NCBI GenBank assembly: GCA_036261665.1
Contig: DATAKM010000133.1
Coordinates: forward strand, 255 to 64,254
Direction: 5' to 3'
Source of the DNA: Chloroflexia bacterium
GTDB taxonomy: Bacteria > Chloroflexota > Chloroflexia > Chloroheliales > Chloroheliaceae
DNA length: 64,000 nt
The notes beneath the pieces are model-generated. The model did no database searches, had not been told where the DNA came from, and was given only the letters and a program-made list of their open reading frames with translations. Positions 48,217 to 58,426 of this stretch are shown piece by piece; the stretch's first letter is position 1, and each line of letters starts with the position of its first letter. The position numbers and the translations under genes are program-made.

Positions 48217-49350
48217 CTACCGACCTCCTTTGACTGCCATTTCCGGCACGGCTACCTGTGTGCCCTCGCTGCTGACATCTTCGGGCTCAAAGAGTAGCAG
48301 CCGGTCAGGATTGACCCCAAAGCTAACCGGTAAGCCTCCCTCCAGGGGTTCAAAACTATGCACCAGCAACTCCTGCGCCTGTCCGGCCAGCCTGACCAGC
48401 ACCTCAAAGGACTTGCCAAGATATTCCACCAGCACCACTTCCGCCTGTAGCGGATTGGCAGTAGGGCTCGGCGTTATCAGGGCGTCATCCGGGCGGAAGC
48501 AAGCGACGACCTGCTGGCCGGGTTGCCAGGCGGTTTCGGCGGGCGCGGTTCCCAGCAGCCGAATCCCGGAGATTGTTTCTACCTGCCACCTGTTACCTTC
48601 TTTGCCCAGCACCTTGACATTCATGCGGCTGGAATAGCCCATGAAGTTGGCAACGTAGAGGCTCTTCGGGTAGCGGTAGATTTCCTGGGGAACGCCGATC
48701 TGTTCAATCCGGCCCAGGCGCATTACCACCACCAGGTCGGAGAGCGACATGGCTTCGGACTGGTCGTGGGTGACATAAATGGTGGTTAGCCCCAGTTTTT
48801 CGTGGAGATGTTTAATTTCAATCCGCATTTCGTTGCGCAGCTTGGTATCCAGGTTGGAAAGAGGCTCATCCAGCAGCAACAAAGTCGGCTCAAGCACGAG
48901 GGTACGCGCAATCGCCAGGCGTTGTTGCTGGCCGCCAGAAAGTTGAGCCGGGAATCTTTTCCCGTACTCTTCCAGGTGAACCATTTCCAGGGCTTTTTGC
49001 ACCCGCTGTTCGCGCTCGGCTTTCGGCACTTTGCGCAGTTCCAGACCGTAGGCCACATTCCGGGCGGCGGTCAGGTGCGGGAAGAGAGCATAGTTCTGGA
49101 ATACCATGCCGAAGCCGCGCTTTTCCGCCGGCAGATTCTGGACGGGTTTGCCGTTGACCAGGATTTCGCCTTCACTTAAATCCAGCAGCCCGGCCAGGCA
49201 ATTGAGCGCGGTGGACTTGCCGCAGCCGCTGGGACCCAGCAAACTGACGAAGCTGCCTCCGTTAACTTTCAGGTTGAAATTGGAAAGAGCCGTGGTAGCG
49301 CCGAAGCGGCGGGTGACGCCTCGCAACTCTAAATTTTCTACTTTTTGCAT
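48217..49350 (-). CDS. ABC transporter ATP-binding protein (PotA/MalK-like, TOBE domain)
   Basis: GPSGCGKS, VFQNYALFPH, LSGGQQQR, LLLDEP, YVTHDQ. Confidence 0.95.
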   Translation of the reverse strand: MQKVENLELRGVTRRFGATTALSNFNLKVNGGSFVSLLGPSGCGKSTALNCLAGLLDLSEGEILVNGKPVQNLPAEKRGFGMVFQNYALFPHLTAARNVAYGLELRKVPKAEREQRVQKALEMVHLEEYGKRFPAQLSGGQQQRLAIARTLVLEPTLLLLDEPLSNLDTKLRNEMRIEIKHLHEKLGLTTIYVTHDQSEAMSLSDLVVVMRLGRIEQIGVPQEIYRYPKSLYVANFMGYSSRMNVKVLGKEGNRWQVETISGIRLLGTAPAETAWQPGQQVVACFRPDDALITPSPTANPLQAEVVLVEYLGKSFEVLVRLAGQAQELLVHSFEPLEGGLPVSFGVNPDRLLLFEPEDVSSEGTQVAVPEMAVKGGR

Positions 49351-49455
49351 CGCTTGATCCCCCTACTGAGGCTTGTAACTTCCTTCAAACAGACAGCACC
49401 GGCCGGGTGGCCCCGGGAGTAAATACTGCCCGGCGCCGCCCGTTTGTGATAGCCT

Positions 49456-50790
49456 CTACTTCTTCAGTTTGTTCCCGCCAATTTCTTTGTCCCACTTATC
49501 AAAAGCGGCAACCAGGTTCTTGGCATCAAGCGGCATTTCGACCGGAACGTTTTTGATCAGGTCGGCGTATTCAGGGCGGCCATACTCCTTGATCTCATCC
49601 TGGCTCTTCTGAGGAGCCATTGAGATATCCACGCCCTTGATCGCCGGGCCGGGATAGAAGTAGCCGTCGTCATAAGCGTAAGCCTGCTGGTCCGGTTTGA
49701 GCATCCAGGCCATCATATCCAGCACTACCGCCAGCCTGTCGTTATCGAGGCCTTTGGGGACCAGCATGAAGTGGGCATCACCGACCCATTTGAAACCATC
49801 GAGGGCGAAGATTTTCGCCTCTTTCGGTACGGTGCCCAGTACGCGCGGGTTGATGTCCCAACCAGTGGTGGAGGCCACCATATAGCGGGTGCCCTCGCCC
49901 AGTTCTTTCATGACGGCAGTAGTGCCGGTCGGGTAGTATTCAATAAAAGGATCAATCTCTTTGAGGAAAGCCCAGGTCTTGTCCCAGCCATTGATCGGGT
50001 CTTTGGGGTCTTTATCGCCCAGCAGGTAAGGTAGACCCATAATCAAGGTGCGTCCGGGGCCGGAGTTAGCGGGGCGGGCGTACATGAACTTCTTGGGATT
50101 GGCTTTGATCCAGGTTTTCAGCTCATCGACAGTCTTGGGAGGAGTCTGGATTTTGGTGCCGTCATATTCAAAGAGCGGGCCGCTCGGATAATAGGTCACC
50201 ACTACACCAAAGCCCTGGCCCAGGTCGTTAGCGCGTTTGGCCGGGTCGAGATAATTGCTTTCGAGGTTGGGGAACCTGGCGCTATAGTCGGGCAAAAGCT
50301 TCAGCCAGAGACCGTTCTCAGTGCCGGAAGCCATGCCGTCAAAACCACTCAGCACCATGGCGATGTCCAACTTACCGGCATCCTGCTGCGCCTTGATCTT
50401 GCTGACCACTTCGGGAGCAGTCGCTTTAAGGTACTGGATATCGGATACTTTATTCCCGTTAGCCTTCTTGTAATTGTCCATCATGCCCTGGGTGAGTTGC
50501 AGGTTACCGGCCACATCCAGGATTTGCAGGCTGACCGGCTTGGACGCGAAGGGCGGGATACTCTTGGCCCCGGCGGCGGCAGCGGTGGTCGCTCCAGCAG
50601 CGGCGGTAGTTGCTCCGGCGGCAGCGGTGGTGCTGGCCGCAGCGCTGGTGGCGGCGGCCGTAGTGGCTGCCGGGGCAGAGGTGGCGGTGTTATCGCCGCA
50701 AGCTGCCAGGATACCACTGGCGGCCAGGGCGCCACCCGTCAGGGCTACAAACTTCCGGCGACTAAGTCTCTTCTTTGATTCTTCAGACAT
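49456..50790 (-). CDS. ABC substrate-binding lipoprotein with a twin-arginine signal
   Basis: MSEESKKRLSRRKFVAL...ILAAC, Ala/Thr linker, YARPANSGPGRT, YFYPGP; GAGGAGG RBS. Confidence 0.9.
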   Translation of the reverse strand: MSEESKKRLSRRKFVALTGGALAASGILAACGDNTATSAPAATTAAATSAAASTTAAAGATTAAAGATTAAAAGAKSIPPFASKPVSLQILDVAGNLQLTQGMMDNYKKANGNKVSDIQYLKATAPEVVSKIKAQQDAGKLDIAMVLSGFDGMASGTENGLWLKLLPDYSARFPNLESNYLDPAKRANDLGQGFGVVVTYYPSGPLFEYDGTKIQTPPKTVDELKTWIKANPKKFMYARPANSGPGRTLIMGLPYLLGDKDPKDPINGWDKTWAFLKEIDPFIEYYPTGTTAVMKELGEGTRYMVASTTGWDINPRVLGTVPKEAKIFALDGFKWVGDAHFMLVPKGLDNDRLAVVLDMMAWMLKPDQQAYAYDDGYFYPGPAIKGVDISMAPQKSQDEIKEYGRPEYADLIKNVPVEMPLDAKNLVAAFDKWDKEIGGNKLKK

Positions 50791-50958
50791 CTTTTCCTCC
50801 TCAATGAGATTATTTTGCAAGATATGGCGCTCATAACCGGTTATTCTCCAACGAAAACCATTTGCCCTATGAGCCTCTTGCTCCTACAGTTAGCTGCCTA
50901 GCTGTTGTAATAACTTGCCGAAATATTTAATTCCCCGAAACTTCTGAAGCGAATCAGT

Positions 50959-52047
50959 TTATTTCAGGTGACTATGGTTTTTTACTAAGGGTGCTGTAGA
51001 CGAGCGTTCCACCAGGTAAACGGGTAAAGTAATCCAGACAACCGGGCTATCCGGTTTCTGGGCCCGTTCGATCAGGCGATATACCGCCACCTTTCCTTTG
51101 TCCTCTAAATTCGCGTGAATGGTGGTAAGGGCCGGGGAGACCAGGGTACTGGCTTCGATATCGTCAAAACCCACTACACTGATGTCATCCGGCACCTGCA
51201 AACCGGCGGCATTTAAGGCCCGGATAGCTCCCAGGGCCATCAGGTCGTTAGCGCAAAAGACGGCGCTAAATTCCACGCCCCGCTCCAGCAATTCGCGCAT
51301 GGCCTGCGCGCCACCTTCGAGCGAAAGATCGCCCTCGTGAATAAGCTCCGGTTTGTAGTCAAGCCCGGCATCTATCAGGGCGTTGCGGTATCCTTCCATG
51401 CGCCGCTTCATGGAGTAGCGAGTTGGTCCATTGATAAAGGCGATCTCGCGGTGTCCGAGCTTAACCAGGTGTTCCACCACCAGGTTACCCCCGGCAGTGT
51501 TGTCGGTGATGACTAAATCCAGGCCCAGCCCGGTCGGCTGCTGGGAGTCAACCAGCACTATTGGAAGCTGCAACTTTTTCAAATTTTCAACCAGCTCAGT
51601 AGAGCTAAAGTTATGCAGCAGAATGCCGTCGATGGCGGTGCGTTGAATCAGGGCTTCCACCTGTTCGGTAGCGTTGGAACTGTCTTCCAGGGATTGAAAA
51701 AGAATGCTGATATTGTTCTCGCTGCACCCACGCTCCACGCCGCCAAAAATCCTGTAGATATAAGCCTCGCGCAGGTCGGCGGTCTTGCGGTTAGGGGCGC
51801 AAAAAAGAACGGTATCCAGGCGGGTTTTATAGAGCTTATCTTCGGCGTTACCGGCGCCACTCTTGATGCGCTTGCGTGGCACCCGCACATACCCCAGCTC
51901 GCGGATAGTATGCAGAACCCTTTCTCGCAGTTCCTCGCTCACATTGGCCTGGTTGGTCAGGACCCGGTGAACCGTACCCACAGAAACACCGGCCTGCCTG
52001 GCTATGGTATGGCTGGTTACGTTTGAATTTTCAGAGATACTATTCAC
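50959..52047 (-). CDS. LacI family transcriptional regulator
   Basis: IARQAGVSVGTVHRVL HTH, VPDDISVVGFDD, PALTT. Confidence 0.93.
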   Translation of the reverse strand: MNSISENSNVTSHTIARQAGVSVGTVHRVLTNQANVSEELRERVLHTIRELGYVRVPRKRIKSGAGNAEDKLYKTRLDTVLFCAPNRKTADLREAYIYRIFGGVERGCSENNISILFQSLEDSSNATEQVEALIQRTAIDGILLHNFSSTELVENLKKLQLPIVLVDSQQPTGLGLDLVITDNTAGGNLVVEHLVKLGHREIAFINGPTRYSMKRRMEGYRNALIDAGLDYKPELIHEGDLSLEGGAQAMRELLERGVEFSAVFCANDLMALGAIRALNAAGLQVPDDISVVGFDDIEASTLVSPALTTIHANLEDKGKVAVYRLIERAQKPDSPVVWITLPVYLVERSSTAPLVKNHSHLK

Positions 52048-52065
52048 AGAGTATACCCCGATATT

Positions 52066-52250
52066 TTCATTGAATAAGACAATTTTTTAGAGCGTGGAAA
52101 AAGGCGTACTGGTTTTGGTTCAAAATTTTCCTGGATAATTACAATTATAGGCATCTTTTCAGGCTTGTCAATACTTTCAGGCTATTGAATTCAATGATAG
52201 TTGCAGCCTACTCTGTTCCTTATTCAAAAATTTGTTCATTGAACAATGAA
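52066..52250 (-). promoter_or_regulatory. Promoter and candidate operators of the sugar-acid operon
   Basis: Minus strand TTGACA (52171-52166), 16 nt, TATAAT (52149-52144); TTCAWTGA palindromic motifs at 52066, 52190 and 52235. Confidence 0.6.
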
Positions 52251-52429
52251 TGAAAAATACTGAGACAACCGGTATTTAACTTTTGGCTTGGTTCTGGAAT
52301 CCGATTGCAGACGGCAGAAAAGCCGGTGGCCCTGCCCGCCAAAAAAAATAAGACCCCTCGCTGTCGAGGAGCCTCTTTATTTAGAGGGAGAGTTTTTCAT
52401 AATCAAGCATGGAGTGAGACAGGTGTTCC

Positions 52430-53025
52430 CGCTCGACTGCGTGGGAATATCCACAAGGGGCGTGACAGGGCAAGGATCAGGCAAGCGTTCAAGCGCGCGG
52501 GAATTAATCCCCGCGCTAGTTTAACGAACCCCCATGAATGGGGCTGCTACGATTTCCGGCCTAACAATTCTCGAATTGTATTAAGCGGGTTTAGCCGCTT
52601 TCGTTGCGCTAGCCCGGTTCATTCATGACCGGGCGGTCGCACGCCTGCCACCGCTCTTTGCCTTATGCCGCATTCCAAAGCCATGTCATTCTGAGGGCCT
52701 CGCTTGTCACCCAACCTTGCTTTACCCGGTTCTGAGGCCCGAAGAATCTCTCTTCCACATTGGTAGGCTGGCCTTGCGGCCGAGATCCTTCGGCTGCGGC
52801 CTCAGGATGACATGCGAACGAACGGGGCTTGCCTGGCAAGAGCGGGGTAGCATTTCGACCGCGCGGGAATTAATCCCCGCGCTAGTTTAACGAAGCCCCA
52901 TGAATAGGGCTGATAGCAAGGCAGGTGCTCGAATGTGTCAAATGCTATCAAGCGGGTTTAGCCGCTTTCGTTGAGCTAGCCCGGTTCATTCATGACCGGG
53001 CGGTCGCACGCCTGCCACCGCTCTT
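52430..53025. repeat. Composite palindromic repeat cluster 5 (B-A-B)
   Basis: B at ~52492-52650, A at 52684-52812, B at ~52857-53020. Confidence 0.92.
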
Positions 53026-53048
53026 ACCGATAAGCCCCGGCGCTAGCG

Positions 53049-53987
53049 CTACACCGCTTGCGTCTCCGCCAGGGTCTCTTTCCGGTCGGGCTCGCCTTGA
53101 CCTGTAGTGATCAAAGCGAAGAGACTCTGCTTGATGTAAAAGCCCCAGGCATCTGAACAGCTACCGTAGCATTCGAGCGCAGGTGCCAGCCCGGCGTGGG
53201 TGAAGTTAAGCTCAGTCTTATCACCCTTCCTGCTAATTTCAAAGATAATGTCGGTGTTTTTCCACTCGGTCCTGTCACTGACGAAGTTAATCCGGCTCTC
53301 CAGGACATGCCAGAGGACTTTCTGGCCGGGCACGAATTCGGTAATCCTCTGGGTGCTGTGGTGAAGGTCTTCAGCGTGGAACACAAACTCGGCGCCCAGC
53401 CTATCAGTCTCCCCCTCAATGTTTTCCGACCACCAGCCGCGCACATTGTTGATGGCGGCAAAGACCTCTTCGGGAGACTGGTCTACCGTAAAGGAGGCGG
53501 TGTAATATTGATTACTCATTTCACGAGCCTGGTTAACAACTTCTTCGATAGGGTTCGGCTGGCCTTTGCCCTTTGTAATCAGGTCGCGCAGGCTGCCGCT
53601 TATGTACGAGCCCCAGGCGTTCGAGCAAACAGTGTAGCATTCATAGGCCGGCACCAGCCCGGCGTGCGTAAAGTGCAATTCTGTTTTGTCGCCCTTTTTG
53701 TTAATTTCAAAGATAACATCTGTACCGGTCCACTCGGTTTTGTCTTTAACAAAATTAAAATAGTTATCCAGCACGTGCCAGACAACTTTCTGGCCGGGCA
53801 CAAACTCGGTAATTTCGAAGGTGGCGCGGTGCACATCCTGGTAGCGGTACTTAAACCGGCCCGGCCTGTCTGTGTCACCTTCAATCTCTTGTGACCACCA
53901 GCCGCGCACGTTGTTGATGGCGGCGAAAACTTCTTCCGGCGTATTGTTTACCAGAAAAGTGACGCTGTAATCTTCACGGTCTGTCAT
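53049..53987 (-). CDS. Tandem double SRPBCC/AHSA1 domain protein
   Basis: Two similar ~150-aa halves (PEEVFAAINNVRGWWS...EFVPGQKV.WHVL...TEW...FTHAGL.P..ECY..CS.AW). Confidence 0.9.
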   Translation of the reverse strand: MTDREDYSVTFLVNNTPEEVFAAINNVRGWWSQEIEGDTDRPGRFKYRYQDVHRATFEITEFVPGQKVVWHVLDNYFNFVKDKTEWTGTDVIFEINKKGDKTELHFTHAGLVPAYECYTVCSNAWGSYISGSLRDLITKGKGQPNPIEEVVNQAREMSNQYYTASFTVDQSPEEVFAAINNVRGWWSENIEGETDRLGAEFVFHAEDLHHSTQRITEFVPGQKVLWHVLESRINFVSDRTEWKNTDIIFEISRKGDKTELNFTHAGLAPALECYGSCSDAWGFYIKQSLFALITTGQGEPDRKETLAETQAV

Positions 53988-54162
53988 AGATCTCTCCTTT
54001 CAAAAACCTGCTGTCAGGGCAGGTGGCATGAAGCCGGTCATAGTGTTGTGATGGAACATTTGTTCGTGACTGTGCTATTATAGGTTTGTTGGGTGAGCCG
54101 ATCTATGGGAGAATGTTTTGAATATATGTCCGATAGTCCAGAGGAAAGGGCAGAGCAAAAGC

Positions 54163-55077
54163 ATGGATATCCTGACCGATGTGCTCAGCACGCTAGAAGT
54201 GAAAGGCTGGCTCTCTTCGCGCCGCGAGCTTATGCCTCCCTGGCGCTACGACTTTGCCGCCAGCCCGGACAGCATGTTCCACGTCTTTAGCTCCGGGGGA
54301 GCCTACTTGCAGGTAGAAGGAGAGATTGCGCCCAGGCGGGTCGCGGATGGTGACGTGGTGCTCTTTCCCACCGGCCGCCCGCACTCGCTCTACGATAGCC
54401 CGGCCTCACCGCTGACCCGCCTGGTACACCTGGACTATCACCCGCAGCGCGGCCACCGGGTGGTCACTCAGGCGGGCGAAGGCACAAAGCTGCTGTTGCT
54501 CTGTGGGGCTTTTCATTTCGACTATCCCAGTAATTTTGGGCTGCTGCACCGTCTTCCCGTGCTGATCCATATTCCGGGGGCGCAGGGACGCCTGGAGCAA
54601 GGCTTTGCGGATATTGTCGGCCTGATCGCACGTGAATCGGCTTCGCAGCAAGCCGGGGCGGAAGTAATGTTGCGACGCCTGACCGAACTGCTCTTCATTC
54701 AAGTCATCCGGCTATGGCTCGACCAGCAGGCTAAAGCCTCTGCCGGTTGGGCCGGGGCGCTGGGCGATCAACCGGTCAGCGCAGCCCTGGGCCTGATTCA
54801 CCAGTCACCCGAACGCACCTGGAAGGTTAAGGAACTGGCAGAGGCGGCGGGGCTATCCCGTTCCGCCTTCTCGGCCCGTTTCAGCGAACTGGTGGGAGAG
54901 CCGCCGCTGGCCTACCTCACCCGCTGGCGCATGCTCAGGGCCACCCGCCTGCTGAAGAACGAGGTGAGCGTGGAGAGCATCGCTGAACAGCTCGGCTATG
55001 AGTCGGAAGCGGCCTTTCGCAAGGCTTTCAAGCGTGAAATGGGCCTTCCCCCGGCCCAGTATCGAAGGCAGGGCTAA
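54163..55077 (+). CDS. AraC family regulator with N-terminal cupin domain
   Basis: MDILTDVL, CGAF, LSRSAFSARFSELVGEPP..YLTRWRM, GYESEAAFRKAFKR; divergent from the SRPBCC gene. Confidence 0.93.
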   Translation: MDILTDVLSTLEVKGWLSSRRELMPPWRYDFAASPDSMFHVFSSGGAYLQVEGEIAPRRVADGDVVLFPTGRPHSLYDSPASPLTRLVHLDYHPQRGHRVVTQAGEGTKLLLLCGAFHFDYPSNFGLLHRLPVLIHIPGAQGRLEQGFADIVGLIARESASQQAGAEVMLRRLTELLFIQVIRLWLDQQAKASAGWAGALGDQPVSAALGLIHQSPERTWKVKELAEAAGLSRSAFSARFSELVGEPPLAYLTRWRMLRATRLLKNEVSVESIAEQLGYESEAAFRKAFKREMGLPPAQYRRQG

Positions 55078-55116
55078 AGCCGGCCCGCCCCGGCAAAAGA
55101 GACGGGCTATTTTCAA

Positions 55117-55854
55117 CTACAGTTTTCGATAAATAGAGGTAGTCTCTTTCAGGTGGATGGAGGGGGTAAAACCCTTGAACTTGATAAGTTCAAAGTTATA
55201 GTTCTCTAAATATTTAGCGGTTAGCCGGGTATAGCGCTCACGGTCCGAGTTATCCAGGATAATGATCCCGCCGGTCTTGACTTTAGGCAGGCTGTGCACC
55301 AGGCAAGAGGCCCTGGAACGACCGTCCACCATGATTACATCGAAGTACTCATCAGGGAAAGCATCGACCTGGCTTACATAGCTGGCAAAGCTGAGTCCCC
55401 GGTAAGGCTCAAGGGCTGAGATGCAAAGGTCAGGGTCTGCCGGGTCACCGTTGGCCCTGTCTTCAGGCGCTTTCTCAGGCTCTACCAGGCGGTAGTCGAT
55501 CTGATCGGCCTCGGATAACCTCTGCTTAATCTTCCGGTACCAGTCAGCATCGTGCTCTACCGATATTACCTCAGCCTTCATGCTTAACCAGAAGATGGTG
55601 GAAGCCCCGCTCCCGTACTCAAAGACCCTGATAGCCGTTTTGCCTTTTAAATAAGCTTTAACCCAATCGGCCGCCTGGAAATTAATAAAAGGGGCCGGTT
55701 TATCGAGCATGTAATCCGATTTAAAGGACTTAACCCACTCCAGGGTATACTTCCGTTCATCCTTCGACCTGAGTAATTGTGAGACGTGATATGAGCTGCG
55801 TACCGGTAAAAAAACCGGATTAGATCTCACTAATTCCCGCATTCTACTTGCCAT
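55117..55854 (-). CDS. Class I SAM-dependent methyltransferase-like protein
   Basis: VFEYGSGAST, ISVEHD..W, FDVIMVDGR, GGIIILDNS. Confidence 0.8.
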   Translation of the reverse strand: MASRMRELVRSNPVFLPVRSSYHVSQLLRSKDERKYTLEWVKSFKSDYMLDKPAPFINFQAADWVKAYLKGKTAIRVFEYGSGASTIFWLSMKAEVISVEHDADWYRKIKQRLSEADQIDYRLVEPEKAPEDRANGDPADPDLCISALEPYRGLSFASYVSQVDAFPDEYFDVIMVDGRSRASCLVHSLPKVKTGGIIILDNSDRERYTRLTAKYLENYNFELIKFKGFTPSIHLKETTSIYRKL

Positions 55855-56491
55855 ATGCTTCCTCTCTTGCCATGATAATTAATAATAGCAAACCCCACAG
55901 AGGTAAAAGAGCCTGAATTTGAGCCGTACACGCCAGTCTTAACTTTACACGAGGGTATGTAAATGAACCGGAGGCCTTTTTCCAGCGGCGTCCGGCCTTT
56001 CGGAGCAACAAAAACCAACTGCCAGAAAGCTAATCCTTCTGCCTTGCTACTGTCTGCTTTTTTTTGGCTACTTTTGTTGAGTGAAGTCTAGATAAGATGA
56101 AGCTGAGACTAACAGGTTCTACATGAAAATACACTAACAAGCCCTGGTACTATAGTACCTCTAAAAGTGGACTTAAGCAATATGTAAATTTCTACATTTA
56201 GCTCTTTTTATTAAAATTCACTAATATCAAACCTCCGGAATCCTTTAAAAGCAAGCTTCCGCGTGACCCTGAATATGGGAAAACTCACATAAATATCCCA
56301 GAGAATTCTCAGAGAGAAATAATATACTGATTTCAAGAGGATCACTTAAGAGAGTAAGCCCGGGGCTGTGAACCTCCCAGGATAGCCGGACCAGGGCGAT
56401 AAGTGAGACTTTTTCTAACAAGAGGCTGGATAAGCTGCGTTGGATCTAGCGTAATATTTAGTAGATTAAGAACAGTGAAAAGGTTATCAAG

Positions 56492-57871
56492 ATGAACAAT
56501 AACGAACGTCCTGAATCTGAGATAGAAGTTAACTTTTCTAAAAATGGCAAAAAAAGCAACCCTAACAAGAAACGCCTGGTAGGTGTAGTCGGCAGCGCAG
56601 CCCTGGCGGCAGCGATAGCTTTTGGAGGTGGAGCAGCCCTCGGTCACATCCCCACTTCTTTTGCCCAGGCTAATCCAACTCAAACTACCCAGGCTACCAC
56701 ACCGGGAACCAGCACCGGCAATTCTGCGGCTCCAGGGGCCGCCAACTTCAACCACGGCGACCACCAGCGAGGTAGAGGCGGCATCCAGGGTGGTATCTCC
56801 GGCACGATCAGCGCTATCAGCGGCAATTCCCTGACCCTTACCCGGGGCAGCGTGGTCGTGATCCAGGCGACCGTAAACAGCAACACGGTCTATACTAAAG
56901 CCGGCCAGACCATCAGCCTCGCCGACCTCAAGGTAGGGCAGCAGGTATCAGTGCGCACCACTACCGCTACCGATGGCACCGTTTCGGTTTCGGCTGTAGA
57001 AGTGGTCCTGAGCCATGCCGGCGGCACGGTTAGCGCCGTTGACGCGAATAGCCTGACCCTGACCCGCCCGGACAATTCTACGGTTAAAGTAGCGCTCTCC
57101 TCGTCCACCGGCTATCTTGACCTCGGTAAGACCATCAGCCTCTCCGATATCAAGAGCGGCATGCGCCTGGATGTAGCCGGAACCTCTAACGCGGACGGCA
57201 GCCTTAACGCTGAAGTAGTAAGGGTGCAGCACGACCGGCTAAACGGCAGCGTTACGGCTATCAACGGCAACACCCTGACTATTCAGGTGCAGGGCAGAAA
57301 CGGGCGCGGCCCTAACATGCCGGCGCCGGGTGCGCCTTCCGGTTCAACCACCCCGCCTGCTAACGGCAGCGCCAGTACCACCCAGACAACCACTACCAAA
57401 ACCATTACAGTCAGCGGCAGCACGGTCTACCTGGAAGGCGGGCAGAGCGTGCAGATTTCCGAAATCGCGGTTGGCACCAATATCAGCGCGGAAGGTACTC
57501 TGAGTAGCGATGGTAACAGCCTGACGGCTTTGCAGGTTAATATTGATCTGCCGCACTACCAGGGCCAGGTAACCAGTGTTAACGGCAATACTATTGTGCT
57601 TCAGGACCGTGACGGCACCTCTCGCACGATTGAGGTCACAGGCACTACCAAATACCTCAACGGCCAGGCGACCGCCGCATTAAGCGACATCAAAACCGGC
57701 GCGAACATAGGTGTGGAAGGCAAAGTAGACGCCAGTGGCAAGATGACTGCTACCCAGGTGCAACTCGGGCAGGCTGGCCCCGGGCAGGGCTTCGGCGGCC
57801 CCGGTCAAGGCTTTGGCGGTCCCGATCAGGGCTTTGGCGGCCCGGGTGGTCACGGACGCGGCGGTCACTAA
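56492..57871 (+). CDS. Secreted or membrane-anchored DUF5666-like repeat protein with Gly-rich tail
   Basis: Basic region plus hydrophobic signal (..SFAQ), four G.V.A..GN.LT...T.Y..G....LSD.K.G..V repeats, C-terminal GPG(Q)GFG repeats (21-bp tandem at ~57776-57846). Confidence 0.8.
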   Translation: MNNNERPESEIEVNFSKNGKKSNPNKKRLVGVVGSAALAAAIAFGGGAALGHIPTSFAQANPTQTTQATTPGTSTGNSAAPGAANFNHGDHQRGRGGIQGGISGTISAISGNSLTLTRGSVVVIQATVNSNTVYTKAGQTISLADLKVGQQVSVRTTTATDGTVSVSAVEVVLSHAGGTVSAVDANSLTLTRPDNSTVKVALSSSTGYLDLGKTISLSDIKSGMRLDVAGTSNADGSLNAEVVRVQHDRLNGSVTAINGNTLTIQVQGRNGRGPNMPAPGAPSGSTTPPANGSASTTQTTTTKTITVSGSTVYLEGGQSVQISEIAVGTNISAEGTLSSDGNSLTALQVNIDLPHYQGQVTSVNGNTIVLQDRDGTSRTIEVTGTTKYLNGQATAALSDIKTGANIGVEGKVDASGKMTATQVQLGQAGPGQGFGGPGQGFGGPDQGFGGPGGHGRGGH

Positions 57872-57884
57872 AAGCTAACAAAAG

Positions 57885-58340
57885 CGCCCGGGAATTTGGC
57901 TGCAAGCTCCCTTGCGGGTATTCCCGGGCGGGCAAACGGGCGGCTCGCTCTTTTAACAAATGGGGCGTTGTTCGTAAAACAGGATCGCATCCCGACCGCC
58001 CGGCCATGAATGGACCGGGCTATTTCAACGAAAGCGGCTGAACCCGCTTGATACAAATTGACCCATTTGAACGCCTGACTGCTATCAGCCCCATTCATGG
58101 GGGTTCGTTGAATTAGCGCGGGGATTGATTCCCGCGCGCTCGAACGCTTAGCACTTAGAAACATAAGGGGCAACCCTCGAATACATGTCATCCTGAGGCC
58201 ACAGCCGAAGGATCTCGGCCGCAAGGCAAGCATATCAACCAGGCAAAGAGATTCTTCGGGACTCCGAGCGGGGTAATGTTAAGGCCGGAGTATAGACGGC
58301 CCCCACAACTACAAGGGGGGTAACATGTTAAAAGCCGGGC
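57885..58340. repeat. Composite palindromic repeat cluster 6 (C module, inverted B, A)
   Basis: C at 57897-57918, reverse B at ~57992-58140, A at 58186-58325. Confidence 0.9.
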
Positions 58341-58426
58341 GCTTTTGTCCCGCCCGGCTCTTAATAATGAAAGCCTCTCGCTTTTAGAATAACCCGGCTA
58401 GAAGCTTTCCATCAATCTAATCGAGA

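Noticed and set aside
56355-56410. Riboswitch or SRP-like RNA upstream of the DUF5666-like gene
   Set aside because: GC-rich patch without the conserved core of any RNA family I can recognise.
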